From contig OZ251539.1 of the NCBI GenBank assembly GCA_965243135.1, positions 2,784,001 to 2,848,000 of the forward strand: a stretch of DNA of 64,000 bases, written 5' to 3'. This document shows positions 12,835 to 23,569 of the stretch, one piece after another (within the stretch, counting starts at the first letter, position 1; every line of letters starts with the position of its first letter). Source of the DNA: Alphaproteobacteria bacterium. GTDB taxonomy: Bacteria > Pseudomonadota > Alphaproteobacteria > MPNO01 > UBA830. The notes under the pieces were generated by a model. It was not told where the DNA came from and searched no databases. It was given only the letters and a program-made list of their open reading frames with translations. Position numbers and translations under genes: made by a program.

Positions 12835-14482
12835 CAGCAATTCCCGCTAAGGCTCGAAACCCTTGAAAAATATGGGGCCGGAAAAAAGTCTTTCGTGGAC
12901 TTTTCGAGGTGATTCGGGGCTATTTGCCTTCGAGCGGAGCATTTTTCTCTGGAAAGTGGTCCGAAGGCGAGGCGGGATTGTACCAAAATGGCCAGAATGC
13001 CAGGCATGCGCAAGACGCTCAGCGCTCCGGGATTGCTGAAGGAAGTGCGAGCTTGTTTCGACCGTATTGAAGATCCGATCGCGAGCCGGGGGCTGAACCA
13101 GACGGACTGTCTGATGTCGGGTCTAGCGGTGTTCGGTATGAAGTATGCGTCGCTTCTGCAATTCGACGAAGCCGCGCACGCCGACGAAGCGGTTCGGCAC
13201 AACCTCGCGACCTTATACGGCGTCAAGCGCGTGCCGTCGGACACTGCGATGCGCGAACGGCTTGACGAAGTCTGTCCGCGGCAATTGCGGCGTTGTTTCA
13301 CGAAGATGTTCCAGGTTTTGCAACGAGGCAAGGGGTTGGAACAATACACTTGTCTGAACGGGCATTACGCTCTTTCGATCGATGGAACGGGATACTTCTC
13401 GTCGAACAAGGTGCACTGTAAAAATTGCTGCGAGAAACACCACCGCGACGGTACGATTACCTACTACCACCAGATGTTGGGGGCCGTTCTGGTGCATCCG
13501 GAACAAAAGGAGGTTTTTCCGTTTGCACCGGAACCGATCCTGAAGGAAGACGGCGCAAAAAAGAACGATTGCGAACGCAACGCAGCGAAACGGCTTCTGG
13601 AAGATGTGCGTCGTGAACACCCGCACCTGAAGCTAGTTGTGTTGGAAGATGGGCTGGCCTCGAACGGACCACATGTCAATCTTCTCAAGGAGTTAGACAT
13701 GCGTTTCATACTGGGGGCGAAGCCCGGCGACCACAAATTCCTGTTCGAGTGGGTCAACAACGCGCCGTCCGTGGAGCGCCGGGAGTTCACGGACGGTGAC
13801 AACATACGGCACGAATTCCGGTATCTCAACGGAGTGCCTCTGAACGATACGCACTTCGACCTCAAAGTGAACTTTCTCGAATACTGGGAGAAGCTCCCAA
13901 ACGGTAAGAAACAACGTTTCTCCTGGGTCACGGATCTGCCAATTGACGAAGGGAACCTGATGGAGTTGATGCGCACCGGGCGGGCGCGCTGGAAGATCGA
14001 GAACGAAACTTTCAACACCCTGAAGAACCAAGGCTACTGCTTTGAGCACAACTTCGGTCACGGTAACAAGAATCTGTCGACGGTCTTTGCGTTCCTGATG
14101 ATGCTGGCGTTCCTGATTGACCAGATTCAACAGCGATGTTGCAAACTGTTCCAACAGGCACAAACGAAGGCCAAGCGGCCCATTTACTTCTGGGAAAAGG
14201 CGCGGGGATTGTTTCTCGAATACTTCTTGAAGGACTGGGAAACACTCTACCGAATGATCGCGTTTGGATACCGGAAAGCAGAGGGAATTCCCTACGACAC
14301 CTCCTGACCTGGCACCGTGACCGAATGTGCTAAAGCAAGTTTTTCAGGGGAAACAGGATGGTCAAGGCTAAGTCGGCACCAAGCCGAAGCGGGGAAGGTG
14401 CGTCGCGGCGGCTGATCCCTCGGTAACGACGCTATCTCGACGCGCCTTTCGCAAAGGGCGGCCACCTTAGCGGGAATTTCTG
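12835..14482 (+). mobile_element. Intact IS (ISNCY/ISDol1-like DDE), 1648 bp
   Basis: TIRs CAG(C/A)AATTCCCGCTAAGG; 9-bp TSD AATGTGATG at 12826-12834 and 14483-14491. Confidence 0.9.
12988..14307 (+). CDS. DDE transposase
   Basis: SIDGTGYF, LEDGLAS, RARWKIENETFNTLK; uninterrupted 439 aa. Confidence 0.9.
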   Translation: MARMPGMRKTLSAPGLLKEVRACFDRIEDPIASRGLNQTDCLMSGLAVFGMKYASLLQFDEAAHADEAVRHNLATLYGVKRVPSDTAMRERLDEVCPRQLRRCFTKMFQVLQRGKGLEQYTCLNGHYALSIDGTGYFSSNKVHCKNCCEKHHRDGTITYYHQMLGAVLVHPEQKEVFPFAPEPILKEDGAKKNDCERNAAKRLLEDVRREHPHLKLVVLEDGLASNGPHVNLLKELDMRFILGAKPGDHKFLFEWVNNAPSVERREFTDGDNIRHEFRYLNGVPLNDTHFDLKVNFLEYWEKLPNGKKQRFSWVTDLPIDEGNLMELMRTGRARWKIENETFNTLKNQGYCFEHNFGHGNKNLSTVFAFLMMLAFLIDQIQQRCCKLFQQAQTKAKRPIYFWEKARGLFLEYFLKDWETLYRMIAFGYRKAEGIPYDTS

Positions 14483-16374
14483 AATGTGATGCGCGAACAT
14501 GTGCCGAACGGCGCCGGTCCCTTCGCCCTTGTACGACGCGAACATATTGTTGAACTCGAGGATCCCGGAAAAAAGACACGTCAGCAGATCGCGCAGATCC
14601 GGATCCGTCACTTCCTTGATTCGCGACGCCAGGATCGACAGGCACAGCAATTGCCGCGCATTGAACATCTCGTGCCAGTAGCGATAGTTGTACCCGAGCA
14701 CCTGATCGGTGTTGTAGCCTGGCTTGATCGATACGATCGGATAGGGGTCGTCCCGCCGCTCCAGCGCTTCTTCGGCTTCCGCATATAGTCGGCGGTCCTC
14801 GTCGGTGACGGGAAGATACTCCTTCCTGCCGTCGGGCGTCAGGACGAGTTTGGCGTACAGGCGATGCAGCGGCGGGCGACCGGAATCCCGAACCGTTCCG
14901 GCGACCGGAAACGTGCACGAGCAAGAAGGGCATGTCGCCTTGCGCCCGTTGGCGGGACCGATCCGGAGATCGAACGTCCGCAAACAGCGAAGGCATTTCG
15001 CGTCGGAATCGTCGTAACGGACGCGAGCGATGGCGCCGCAGTGCGGACAGACGGCCTGCGCCGCCGGGTTTTCCTTCGGATTGGCATGCCGCGCGAACAC
15101 GTAGGACGAGAAAAGATCGACTCCTTCGCGGCAGCTTGGACAACGGACGATCTTCACCCAGAAAAAATAGAGCACCTCGGCCTGCGTCCCGTCGGGAAAC
15201 GAGGCGCGGTAGAACCTGCGTATTCGATCGGCAACGTCACGCTCGATGGCGAGGAATTCCTGCAAGATCTTCTTCCGGTCGTGAATGGACAGGGCGTTTT
15301 TCACGAGGAAGTGCGCGACGGGGTTGATATCGCGGCCGATGGCGCGCGCGCCGAGTTTCGCTGCTTCTCCGATGGTCGTTCCGCTGCCCATGAACGGGTC
15401 GAAGACGGTCGCGTTCGGCACGCGAACCTGCCGATAGAACAGTTCGAGAATATCGACGCCCTTGGGCGCGAACGCGCCGATGACCATCGCGCGGAAAACG
15501 GTCCCCAGCCGTTGCGCCCACCACTTGTGAATATGGTAGATAGGCCGGTTGATTTCCTTTCGCCAGGACTCGGCCTCTGCGATGTCGCTTAGCGCTTCGA
15601 ACGGAAACGCTTCGTCCTCGATGGCTCTCGGACCGCGCGCAAGCGGGAGAACCGTCGAGGCCGCAGGCTCCAGCGGCAGTTCGGGCGCTTCGAGCGCCTT
15701 TGCGCGACGATAGCCTTTCGGCCCGCTCAAGGATTGCATTCCTTCTTTCCGCGCTCAGCCCTTGCGGGTCGACGGGCGAGGGGCAGCCAGCCTTTCGTCA
15801 CGGTTTTGCCCGAGGAGTTTCTCCAGCGCCCGCGGAAACTCCGTCATGGCGACCGACGGCGCACAGGGGCAGCGTCAGTGTCGCCGCTCGCGCGACTTGG
15901 CATAGCTCCGCCTCCGGGTCGAACCAACGGTCTCCTCAGTAAAGTAAGATGCACTTTGCGGATACGCAATCGGCTCGAGCCGTTTGCGCTGCGCCATTTT
16001 TTTGTCGGCCCCGCCGCCCGACCGCCGGCAGCCCGCAAGGGCCTCGCGGACGCCCAGTCATTAGAACGCGCCTGGAACGCACAAGCGCCAGGAACGCTTG
16101 CCGGAACGTGAGGATCGCGCGAGGGTTTCCGCCCGAAATCGAGGGTTTCGCCGACAGGTTCGCAGTCGGAGGCCCGGCGCCGCACGGACTGGCCGGTAGC
16201 TGGACGTTCTTGAGCTGATTGACTTGGCGGAGACGGCGATTGCGTTGTTGGAGGAGGCCGACGGCCGGCGCAGTTTCGCCGTCCATGCGCCGTTCAGGCG
16301 GCGGCCACCCGCACAGGCGCGCTTGGGGTAGGAGATGGACGAGCAGCAAGAGATTGCCGAAGCGGCCTTCCAGG

Positions 16375-16790
16375 CAATGGTTTCGTGCGGAGACCCGTCG
16401 GCCTGATAGAGAGCGAGGCGTCCGGGGCCGTGGAAGACGGCAAGGGTATGGTCGGGGTACTCGTGGACCCGGACCCTGGCCTTGACGTAGTGGTGACGGT
16501 CGGCCGGGATCTGCAGGGTGGGTCCCTTGTACCGCACCGTGTTGTCGTTCGAGCCGCTCCTCGTGGACGCAGAGGATGTCGTCCAGGCCGCCGGCGAAGG
16601 GTACGAAGGCCGACCCACTCGGGCGGGGTCGCGAAGCGCCGGTTGTGGTCCGGCAGGTAGACCTCCTCGAGGAAGCGGCTGGCCTCGGCCATGTCGCAGA
16701 TGTCGGCGAGCCTGAGTTCCTGGGGCAGGCGCTTCTGCAGGGTGCCGAACCTCCGAGCGCCCGCGGGCTTCGGGCGAGTAGCCTGCGACA
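16375..16790 (-). pseudogene. ISNCY/IS1202-like transposase C-terminal remnant
   Basis: RFGTLQKRLPQELRL...YLPDHNRRFA...NDNTVRY...VRVHEYPDHTLAVFHGP. Confidence 0.65.
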
Positions 16791-17120
16791 GGGCCGCTCG
16801 CGTACCGCTGGTACGAAATGGCGGCGAAGACGCGGCAGAACAGAGCCTCAAGGCCCGCGAAGTCGTCCGCATCCGGAAACTCGCGCAACGGCAGTTCCTC
16901 CGCTTGCCGGCGGGACCCCACCGGCAGCAGCTTTCCCGGCAGCGCCTCGCCCGGGCTCCGCCGCGCCTCGAGGTTCGGGTAGTCCAGCCTGTAGCGCCCG
17001 TCCTCCTCGCCCGCAATGGTCAGGCGGCCGGTCCGGAACGGGAGCGCCTCGTTCCTGTCCACGTCGAAGGCCGGGCTACCGCTGCCGGTCATGCCGTCCA
17101 AGCGGGAGTGGGCAGGTTGC
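16790..17120 (-). pseudogene. AAA-ATPase-like/PD-(D/E)xK protein remnant
   Basis: LPFRTGRLTI...YRLDYPNLEAR resembles the LFQTGYLTI...YPNxEV motif. Confidence 0.5.
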
Positions 17121-17494
17121 GGCGCGTCTGCGTCTCGATCAAGAAGGCCGGCGTCCCGGTCTCGAACCAGTACGGACGGAATGTACGCTGTCGAAGCAGC
17201 GGCAGAAAGCGCCCCGGCCGGCAACTACAGAATCAAAATTGGCCGTGGGGGTGCGGGCATCGGCGAGTTCCTGAAATCCCGTCGGCACCGGACCGTCGAG
17301 CGCCGCGGGGCGGAAGCTCAGCTTGGCATCGACGCCCGCCACGGACCGACGCACCGGTCGGCATGCACGCACCGCCTCCTCGACATGCAGTTCACTCTGC
17401 CCGGTCATGGTCGGGCTTCTTCGCAGGTTGCAGAACGCTGATGAACTTGTGTATGTAATAGCTACTATATGGCTATGATGAGATTATTTTTTGC

Positions 17495-17523
17495 TTGACT
17501 TCTGGCCGCTTCGCCCCTATGTT
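17495..17523 (+). promoter_or_regulatory. sigma70 promoter of the RHH-GNAT operon
   Basis: TTGACT-17 nt-TATGTT; GGAGG RBS before the ATG at 17565. Confidence 0.6.
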
Positions 17524-17564
17524 TGGTGGCGTCTGGAGGTGGTCGAGACCGACGGGGAGGACGG

Positions 17565-17777
17565 ATGAGCAAAAAAAAGACGATGACGCTCAATCTCGCG
17601 GAGGCTGAGATGCGGGTTCTAGAGGAACTGAGCGCGAGGAAGGATCTGAGCAAGACAGCTCTGCTGCGCCAAGCTTTGCGCATGTACCAACTGGTCGAAG
17701 CACGTCTCGAGGGGGGAGACAAGCTCTTCTTCGAGGACGAGGAGACCAAGGAGAAGGCTGAGGTCATGATGCTATGA
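17565..17777 (+). CDS. Ribbon-helix-helix (CopG-like) regulator/antitoxin
   Basis: MTLNLAEAEMRVLEELSARKDLSKTALLRQAL; 70 aa; ATGA overlap with the next gene. Confidence 0.75.
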   Translation: MSKKKTMTLNLAEAEMRVLEELSARKDLSKTALLRQALRMYQLVEARLEGGDKLFFEDEETKEKAEVMML

Positions 17778-18390
17778 CAATCAGCCGAGTCCACCTCTTC
17801 AACGTGGAGCGCGACGAGCCGGAGGAGGCGGAGCTATGGGACGCGATCACGGAGCAACAGCTCACCGATTGGGAAGGGGAATGGATGCCGGAGTTGTTCA
17901 AGGCGGTACAGCGCCTCCAGCGTGCAGGCGTCGAGCGTCGTCACTGGCCGCAAAGCCGCCACTGGGACTGGCGCAAGAAGACGGAGAAGTTGCAGAGGAT
18001 GCTGGCTTGGCCGGGCTTTAGCATCGTCAGCGATGGAATGACGCAGGGCATGATGCTTGCCGATACGACGACGAAGCGATGTCGTATCAACAACCAGAAG
18101 GGCAGGCATCTCGTCTATGTGGAGTACAATGCGCCGTGGAACCGGAAGGAGTTGTCCCCCGCGGTATCGCGGCGTCGGCAGCCTCCTGATCAGAGCCGCG
18201 GTCGCGATGGGCGAGGACTTGGGGTTTCATGGGCGGCTTGCATTCGCTGCCGCAGGCGAACGGTTTCTACGCCAACACCTGCGGCATGACGGACCTCGGG
18301 CCTGATCCTGGCTACGACAACTTGCGCTACTTCGAGATGACACCCGAGCAGGCGCAGGTCTTCATTGCAAAAGGAGAGAGAACACCATGA
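17774..18390 (+). pseudogene. GNAT acetyltransferase (toxin-like), frameshifted
   Basis: LVYVEY.NAPWNR, then shifted frames PRYRGVGSLLIRAA and HSLPQANGFYANTCGM (acetyl-CoA motif RGVG). Confidence 0.7.
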
Positions 18391-18668
18391 AGAACATCGA
18401 AACAGGACAGACCGGGGACCGTCGGGAACGTCTCAGGGAGATGCAAGGAGTTGTTCGATCCTCCTCGCGATGCTGGCACAACCTTGACCGGACCACGACC
18501 GTGTAGAGCACGGAACTTGGAGACTCTCGAACGGCCGTCATCCGTTGCCGCAAAGAGGAGATTTCTACGCCAACCACCTGTGGCATGACGGATGCTGGCC
18601 ATGGGAGCCCCCATCGCTTCGAAATGATGCCCGGAGGGCACTGGTCTTTTTTGCTAAGGGGAACGCTC

Positions 18669-19149
18669 ATGAAGATGGAAATCAGCGAGGAGTGGTGCAT
18701 GCGCATGGCGCAGCTTGAGGGCGATGCCGAAATCGGAGCCGGTCGGTTGGCGGTCGACCCGGCGTTCGATGGCGAAACCGTTTCGGTCGCGGCGAGCGAT
18801 GAAGAGGGACCGAGCATCGCATTCGGTCGTTTTGTCAGCCTAATGCGCCGTCGTCGTGGAATCAGCCTCGAGGAGCTAGCCGATAACGCGGATGTGGACA
18901 TGACGGACCTAGTCGAGATTGAGAGCGACCCGCATCACAAGCCAGAGTTGCGCACGGCCTATCAGTTGGCCAATTATTTCAATGTGCCGCGGTCCGGTCT
19001 CCTGCAGGTAGCCGGACTCACCGCGCCGAAGGATGCGAGGCTGTTCGATGAAGCCGTCCGGTTTGCCGCACGATCCGATGACAGCGCTCACGCCCGAAGA
19101 AGGAGCTGCGCTGGAATCGTTCGTCGCCGTGCTCAGCAAACAGAAGTAA
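18669..19149 (+). CDS. XRE-family HTH regulator (frameshift near the C-terminus)
   Basis: FGRFVSLMRRRRGISLEELADNADV...LVEIE...QLANYFNV. Confidence 0.75.
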
Positions 19150-19165
19150 CGAACAGGATCCGAGT

Positions 19166-20100
19166 TTGGCCATAAACCGGATCATCTCCGCCAAGACCGC
19201 TAGTGATATCGACGGCCGTGTCGAGCGTGTTTTGCGGGGGCTTGGTCATCCCGAGCCCCCGCTCCGGCTGGAGGAAGTGCGCGAGCTGTTGCGGCTTGAT
19301 CTCGCATTTTACACCGCTAATGACCCCAGCGTTATACATGAGGCAATCAGCCGGATCCGCGTTGCGGGAATCCAGATCTACAAACGGCCGATGTTGCTCA
19401 TCGACGCGATCCAGAAATCCTCGCTCAGTGCGCTCTACCTTCCGGATCGAAAGAGGATACTTCTGGATGCGGCACTCCCCCGGCTAAAGCACGCTGGAAC
19501 GAGGCGCACGAAATCGGTCACAGTGTCATTCCTTGGCACGAGGACGTGATGCTCGGAGACAATGCCCGCACGCTGTCTCCAGACTGTAGGGAGCAGGTCG
19601 AAGCGGAGGCCAATTTTGCTGCGGGAAGGCTTTTGTTTCTTCGGGACCGCTTCACCGACGAGGTTCGCTCTGTCGAGCCATCGATCAAGGCTATCCAAAG
19701 GCTTCGAAATATCTTTGGAAACACGCTTTCGACGACATTGTACCGGTTCGTCGAATCTGCCGGCACCGACCTTCCGCTAGTGGGAATGATCACCGGTCAT
19801 CCTCATGCATCGCGACGGTAGGACGACTTTGATCCGTCCGACCCATGCAGACATCTCATTCAGTCACCGGCTTTTGCGCACTGCTTTGGAAGAACGTCAG
19901 GATCGGATCTGTTCTCAGCCGTAGCCACCTATTGCGGTGCACAGAGAGGCGGTCCGCTGGGAGAAGATGAAATCACCCTGACGGACGATAACGGCGACCG
20001 ACACCGCTTCCACTTCGAGACATTCTTCAACCAATACGACGCCTTAACTCTTGGTCGATATATTCGCCCGGAGATACGAATCATGGCGGCTTCCGCATAG
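19166..20100 (+). pseudogene. ImmA/IrrE-family zinc metallopeptidase, frameshift plus internal TAG
   Basis: WNEAHEIGHSVIPWH (HExxH) and EAEANFAAGRLL; split at ~19490 and by TAG at 19819-19821. Confidence 0.75.
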
Positions 20101-20321
20101 ACGGACGACTGGACCATGGTAAACGTTCGGTCGTGCAATGACGGTCCATTTGGGTGTAGTTATTGCAAAACTTTCGGAAGCAACGCATGCTGCGTTTCGG
20201 CCAACATTCTGTTGCACCTTGTCGCTTGGAGCATCTTTTTTTGCCTCCCGCTCCCTGATCGTGCGAAAATCCGCGTCTGGAACGGAATTTTGTCACGAAA
20301 TAGCCGACTTCAACCTTGAAA

Positions 20322-21493
20322 GTAAGCGTTCGTTTTCTGGGTGATCTGCCTGTTCCGCCTCCAGTCCCGGTGCGGGGCAGGCTGCGTTGATTTTGCGTTG
20401 TATTTCCGGGTTTCTTGCTTCCTCAGGTTTTCGCGAACCGCCCATGGCTTCGAGCGAGCCCCTTGAGGTTCGACGGCGGAAGTCCGCCTCGCTCGACCGG
20501 ACGACGCTCCCGTTCGACGGAACCGCAGCCTGGAGTTCAGGCGTTTCGCCGCTTGCGACGCATGCGTGCGCCGCCCCTGCCGCCGCCTCGAGGACGGGCA
20601 ATGAACGCCACCGCCCCGTTCTCGCCCTGGCGCAAGCGTCTCTCTTGATGATCGGCACCGCGGATACTGTCTCTGGAAAGGATGCTCATGACCGCCTTCG
20701 AAATAGCCAGATTCGCCGTCACTTTCGCCAACGACGAACGCGGGCAACAACAGCGCGCGGCCACGCAGCAGCGGAGCGCAGCCATGCTGCAACAGCGCGA
20801 AGCCGAAGAACGCCGCCACGAGGAGAACATGACGGCGCTCAAGGCGCTGATAGCCGGCCGCCAGACCGCCGCGCCGGAAACCGTCGCCGAACGAACGACG
20901 CCGACGGACGACGGGGCGGGAACAAAGGGTGCCTGACGCCCTTCCCCGTCGGCAAGACCTCGAAGTCGAGCGACTGTCGCGGTCGCGCGGGGCCGACGAC
21001 AACGCCGCTTGCAGGCGCGAAACTCGACCTACCCGGTGACCTTTTCTCCGTTTTTCGCGCAAGGCTTGCCGCGGACGGCGGCCAAAAACCGGGCAAGCGC
21101 GGCGCCCGTCCGCGCGACGGCGACCCGGGCCGTCGTCCCCCGCCGGGCCTCTCGTTCCGTGTCGCTCTTTCGCGCGGTGCGCTCGCTCTTGCGGGCCAAC
21201 TTGCAAAGCTTACGCGCCGCAGGCGTCGCTCGCCGAGTCGCTTCCTCGACTTCGCCGTGGGCGGCCAGTTCAAGTTCGTTCGCCGAAGAGGCCGACTTCA
21301 GGCGTTTCAGCGCGCCGCCGCCGCGGCGCTGCGTTAACGCCTCCCTTGCCTCCGCGCGACGCGCGCGCCTCGTCCCGCCGGAGCGTTGCCGACAGCGAAG
21401 CCCCCCGTCCGTCGGTCGCAATCCGGTGCGCAAGGGTCCCGCGTCCGGTCCCCGGACGAAATTTTCCTCGTCCCCCGGGTAGCGAACGCTTAC
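20322..21493 (-). mobile_element. Internally deleted IS66-like element (tnpC 5' part, DUF4338 3' part) inside an ISKra4 end remnant
   Basis: Ends GTAAGCGTTCG / CGAACGCTTAC; flanks match the ISKra4 end at 62930-63081. Confidence 0.65.
20682..20936 (+). CDS. Small hypothetical coiled-coil protein
   Basis: GGAAAGG RBS; QQREAEERRHEENMTALKALI. Confidence 0.4.
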   Translation: MLMTAFEIARFAVTFANDERGQQQRAATQQRSAAMLQQREAEERRHEENMTALKALIAGRQTAAPETVAERTTPTDDGAGTKGA

Positions 21494-21584
21494 ATTCTAG
21501 ACCTGCACCCACATCGGTCCGCCGACCATTAACGATTTTGATGAATTTCCGCACCGCCGGTCGGCCGTTTGCGGAGCGCGTCGA

Positions 21585-21830
21585 GCTTGAGGAGAGGGGC
21601 TTTCGAGACGCCCGCATCCTCAGGGGTTCGAGGGGAATCTCCGGGAACCGGTCGACCGGACGCCGCTCGGTTTCGTCGCTTCGCCCGAGCGCTCCCACCC
21701 TTCCTCGCGGACGGCGAACTGACGCCCTACATGACCGGGCAGGCGGTCGACGGCGGGGCAACGCTCCGGCTCGCCGCCAAGTGACGACACGCACCGGCAG
21801 GCGGCCCGCCCGCCTTGCCAGGCACCCAAC
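21585..21830 (+). repeat. Duplicate of the SDR 3' end at ~25497-25725
   Basis: Near-identical GAGAGGGGCTTTCGAGACGCCCGCATCCTCAGGGG...CCGCCTTGC. Confidence 0.85.
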
Positions 21831-21976
21831 GGTCGTGCCATCTCCCCGTCGTTCGCCGGACAAGCGGTCGCGGGCTGCTGCTTGCGAAGCCTTTTGCACA
21901 AGGATAACGTGAGCTTCGCGGTCAAAACAATCCGCAAACGCCGCTCAGGCCTGCCGACGCATGAAGGAAAACGCCG

Positions 21977-22276
21977 ATGTCCAACCGCTGGTTCATCTAC
22001 ATGCCTCAAATAGAGGCAGACAGTTTTGTGTTCTTTTACTTCAAGGGGAGTCCGAAGGAGCGGAGTTGGAGCGTGCGGAACTACACGTCTCCTGACGCCG
22101 TTCAAAAAAGAGAACCGATTCGCCGCTATGCGTCGAAATTACCGAACGCGTTTCCCTGGACGGCGGAACAGGTTCTCGGAATGGCCGAACGCAAAGAGAT
22201 TGCGACCGTACATCCCACCTCCGATTTTGATTGGTACCATCGAAAGATCCGCGAGCTCAACGAACAGCTATGCTGA
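21977..22276 (+). CDS. Hypothetical protein, 99 aa
   Basis: GAAGGA RBS, protein-like composition, lower GC than flanks. Confidence 0.5.
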   Translation: MSNRWFIYMPQIEADSFVFFYFKGSPKERSWSVRNYTSPDAVQKREPIRRYASKLPNAFPWTAEQVLGMAERKEIATVHPTSDFDWYHRKIRELNEQLC

Positions 22277-22660
22277 ATTTACGGATCAGGTTCTACCCCT
22301 GCGGAGAAATGTCTGCCGCCGCGTGGCGGATTTTGGCGGAGTTCGCAAGTGTATCCATTCGCCGTTGGCGCGGGCGGCCCTCGTACGGCCAAGGAGATGA
22401 TGCCGCTATCAACCATGAAGCGCAACGCAGGCAGGCAGTCGGCGATCTCTGTCGAGAGGGCGGGTCAAGGCACCGCGGCGGGGCGGGGCCGGTCTCGACC
22501 GAGCGAGCCAGGGGCTGAACTCGGCGAGCATGCGTAGCGGACAAACACCCATTCGGCGGGCCGTTGCGGCGGGAGGGCTCTTTCTCTACGTGTAGACAGC
22601 CTTTCCGGTTGCCCGTCTCGCCGCCTGCCGCTCCGACACGGAGACTTTCGCACCCTCAGC

Positions 22661-23569
22661 ATGGCCAGCATCTCCATAGTTATCCGCGCTCTCAACGAGG
22701 CCGCTCACCTGCCCCGGCTCTTCGACGGCATAGCTCGTCAGACCCGCAAGCCCGACGAGATCGTCCTCGTCGATTCAGGATCGACGGACGATTCGGTGTC
22801 GATCAGCGAACGGGCCGGCGCAAGAGTTGTTTCGATCGCGCCTTCCGCGTTCACCTTCGGACGCGCCCTCAACGTCGGGTGCGACGCGGCGTCGGGCGAC
22901 CTTCTCGTGTTCGCCAGCGCCCATACCTATCCAGCCGACGAACATTGGTTGGAGCGCCTGACGGCACCGCTGGAAGCGCATGACGACGTCGCGCTCGTTT
23001 ACGGGCGACAGACCGGCGACGAACGGAGCGCTTTTTCCGAGATCGAGATCATGCGACGATGGTTTCCGCCGGAAACGGATCAAGATCAGGACCATCCTTT
23101 CTGCAACAACGCCAACTGCGCGGTGCGGGCGTCGGTGCGGGCGGCGTATCCATACGACGAGGAGTTGACCGGGTTGGAAGACATAGCGTGGGCTTTTCGG
23201 GTCCAGCAGGACGACCTCCGCATCTGGTACGAGGCCGACGCTGTCGTCGTCCACATGCACGAGGAAGGATTCTCGCGGATCGTCAACCGGTACCGGCGAG
23301 AGGCGCACAAGAGAATTTTCGGCAGGATGTACATGCCGGAAACGGTCGGCCTTTTTCTCGCCAACACGGCGCGCGACTATCTGGCGGCCGTGTTCCGGCG
23401 GCGACTGCTGGCGAACCTGTGGGCGATTCCGCGGTTCGCCCAGTTCTGGGGCACGTGGCGGGGCTTTCGTCAGGTTGCGGAGCCTTCCCTGGTTCTGAAG
23501 CGCCGTTTCTACTATCCGCGAGGATTCGAGTGGCGTTTCAAGAAGCCCCGCCCGGGAAAACGCCCATGA
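22661..23569 (+). CDS. Glycosyltransferase family 2 (small in-frame deletions)
   Basis: SIVIRALNE, VDSGSTD, FGRALNVG, EDIAWA. Confidence 0.85.
   Translation: MASISIVIRALNEAAHLPRLFDGIARQTRKPDEIVLVDSGSTDDSVSISERAGARVVSIAPSAFTFGRALNVGCDAASGDLLVFASAHTYPADEHWLERLTAPLEAHDDVALVYGRQTGDERSAFSEIEIMRRWFPPETDQDQDHPFCNNANCAVRASVRAAYPYDEELTGLEDIAWAFRVQQDDLRIWYEADAVVVHMHEEGFSRIVNRYRREAHKRIFGRMYMPETVGLFLANTARDYLAAVFRRRLLANLWAIPRFAQFWGTWRGFRQVAEPSLVLKRRFYYPRGFEWRFKKPRPGKRP

Larger units (their letters stand above)
11848..15739 (-). pseudogene. DUF1156/COG1743-type adenine DNA methyltransferase with Zn ribbon, split by an IS
   Basis: N-part (14483-15739): HKWWAQR, DPFMGSGTT, CxxC pairs. C-part (11848-12834): TDPPF. 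Removing the IS restores MFAHHILK in frame. Confidence 0.9.

Noticed and set aside
11026-12912. 628-aa + strand ORF (likewise 26505-28328, 51053-53215, 6681-8009)
   Set aside because: Antisense shadows of real minus-strand genes in high-GC DNA; no recognisable motifs.
21900-22400. Integron cassette array explaining the small orphan ORFs
   Set aside because: No convincing attC (RYYYAAC...GTTRRRY) structure or tyrosine integrase was seen.
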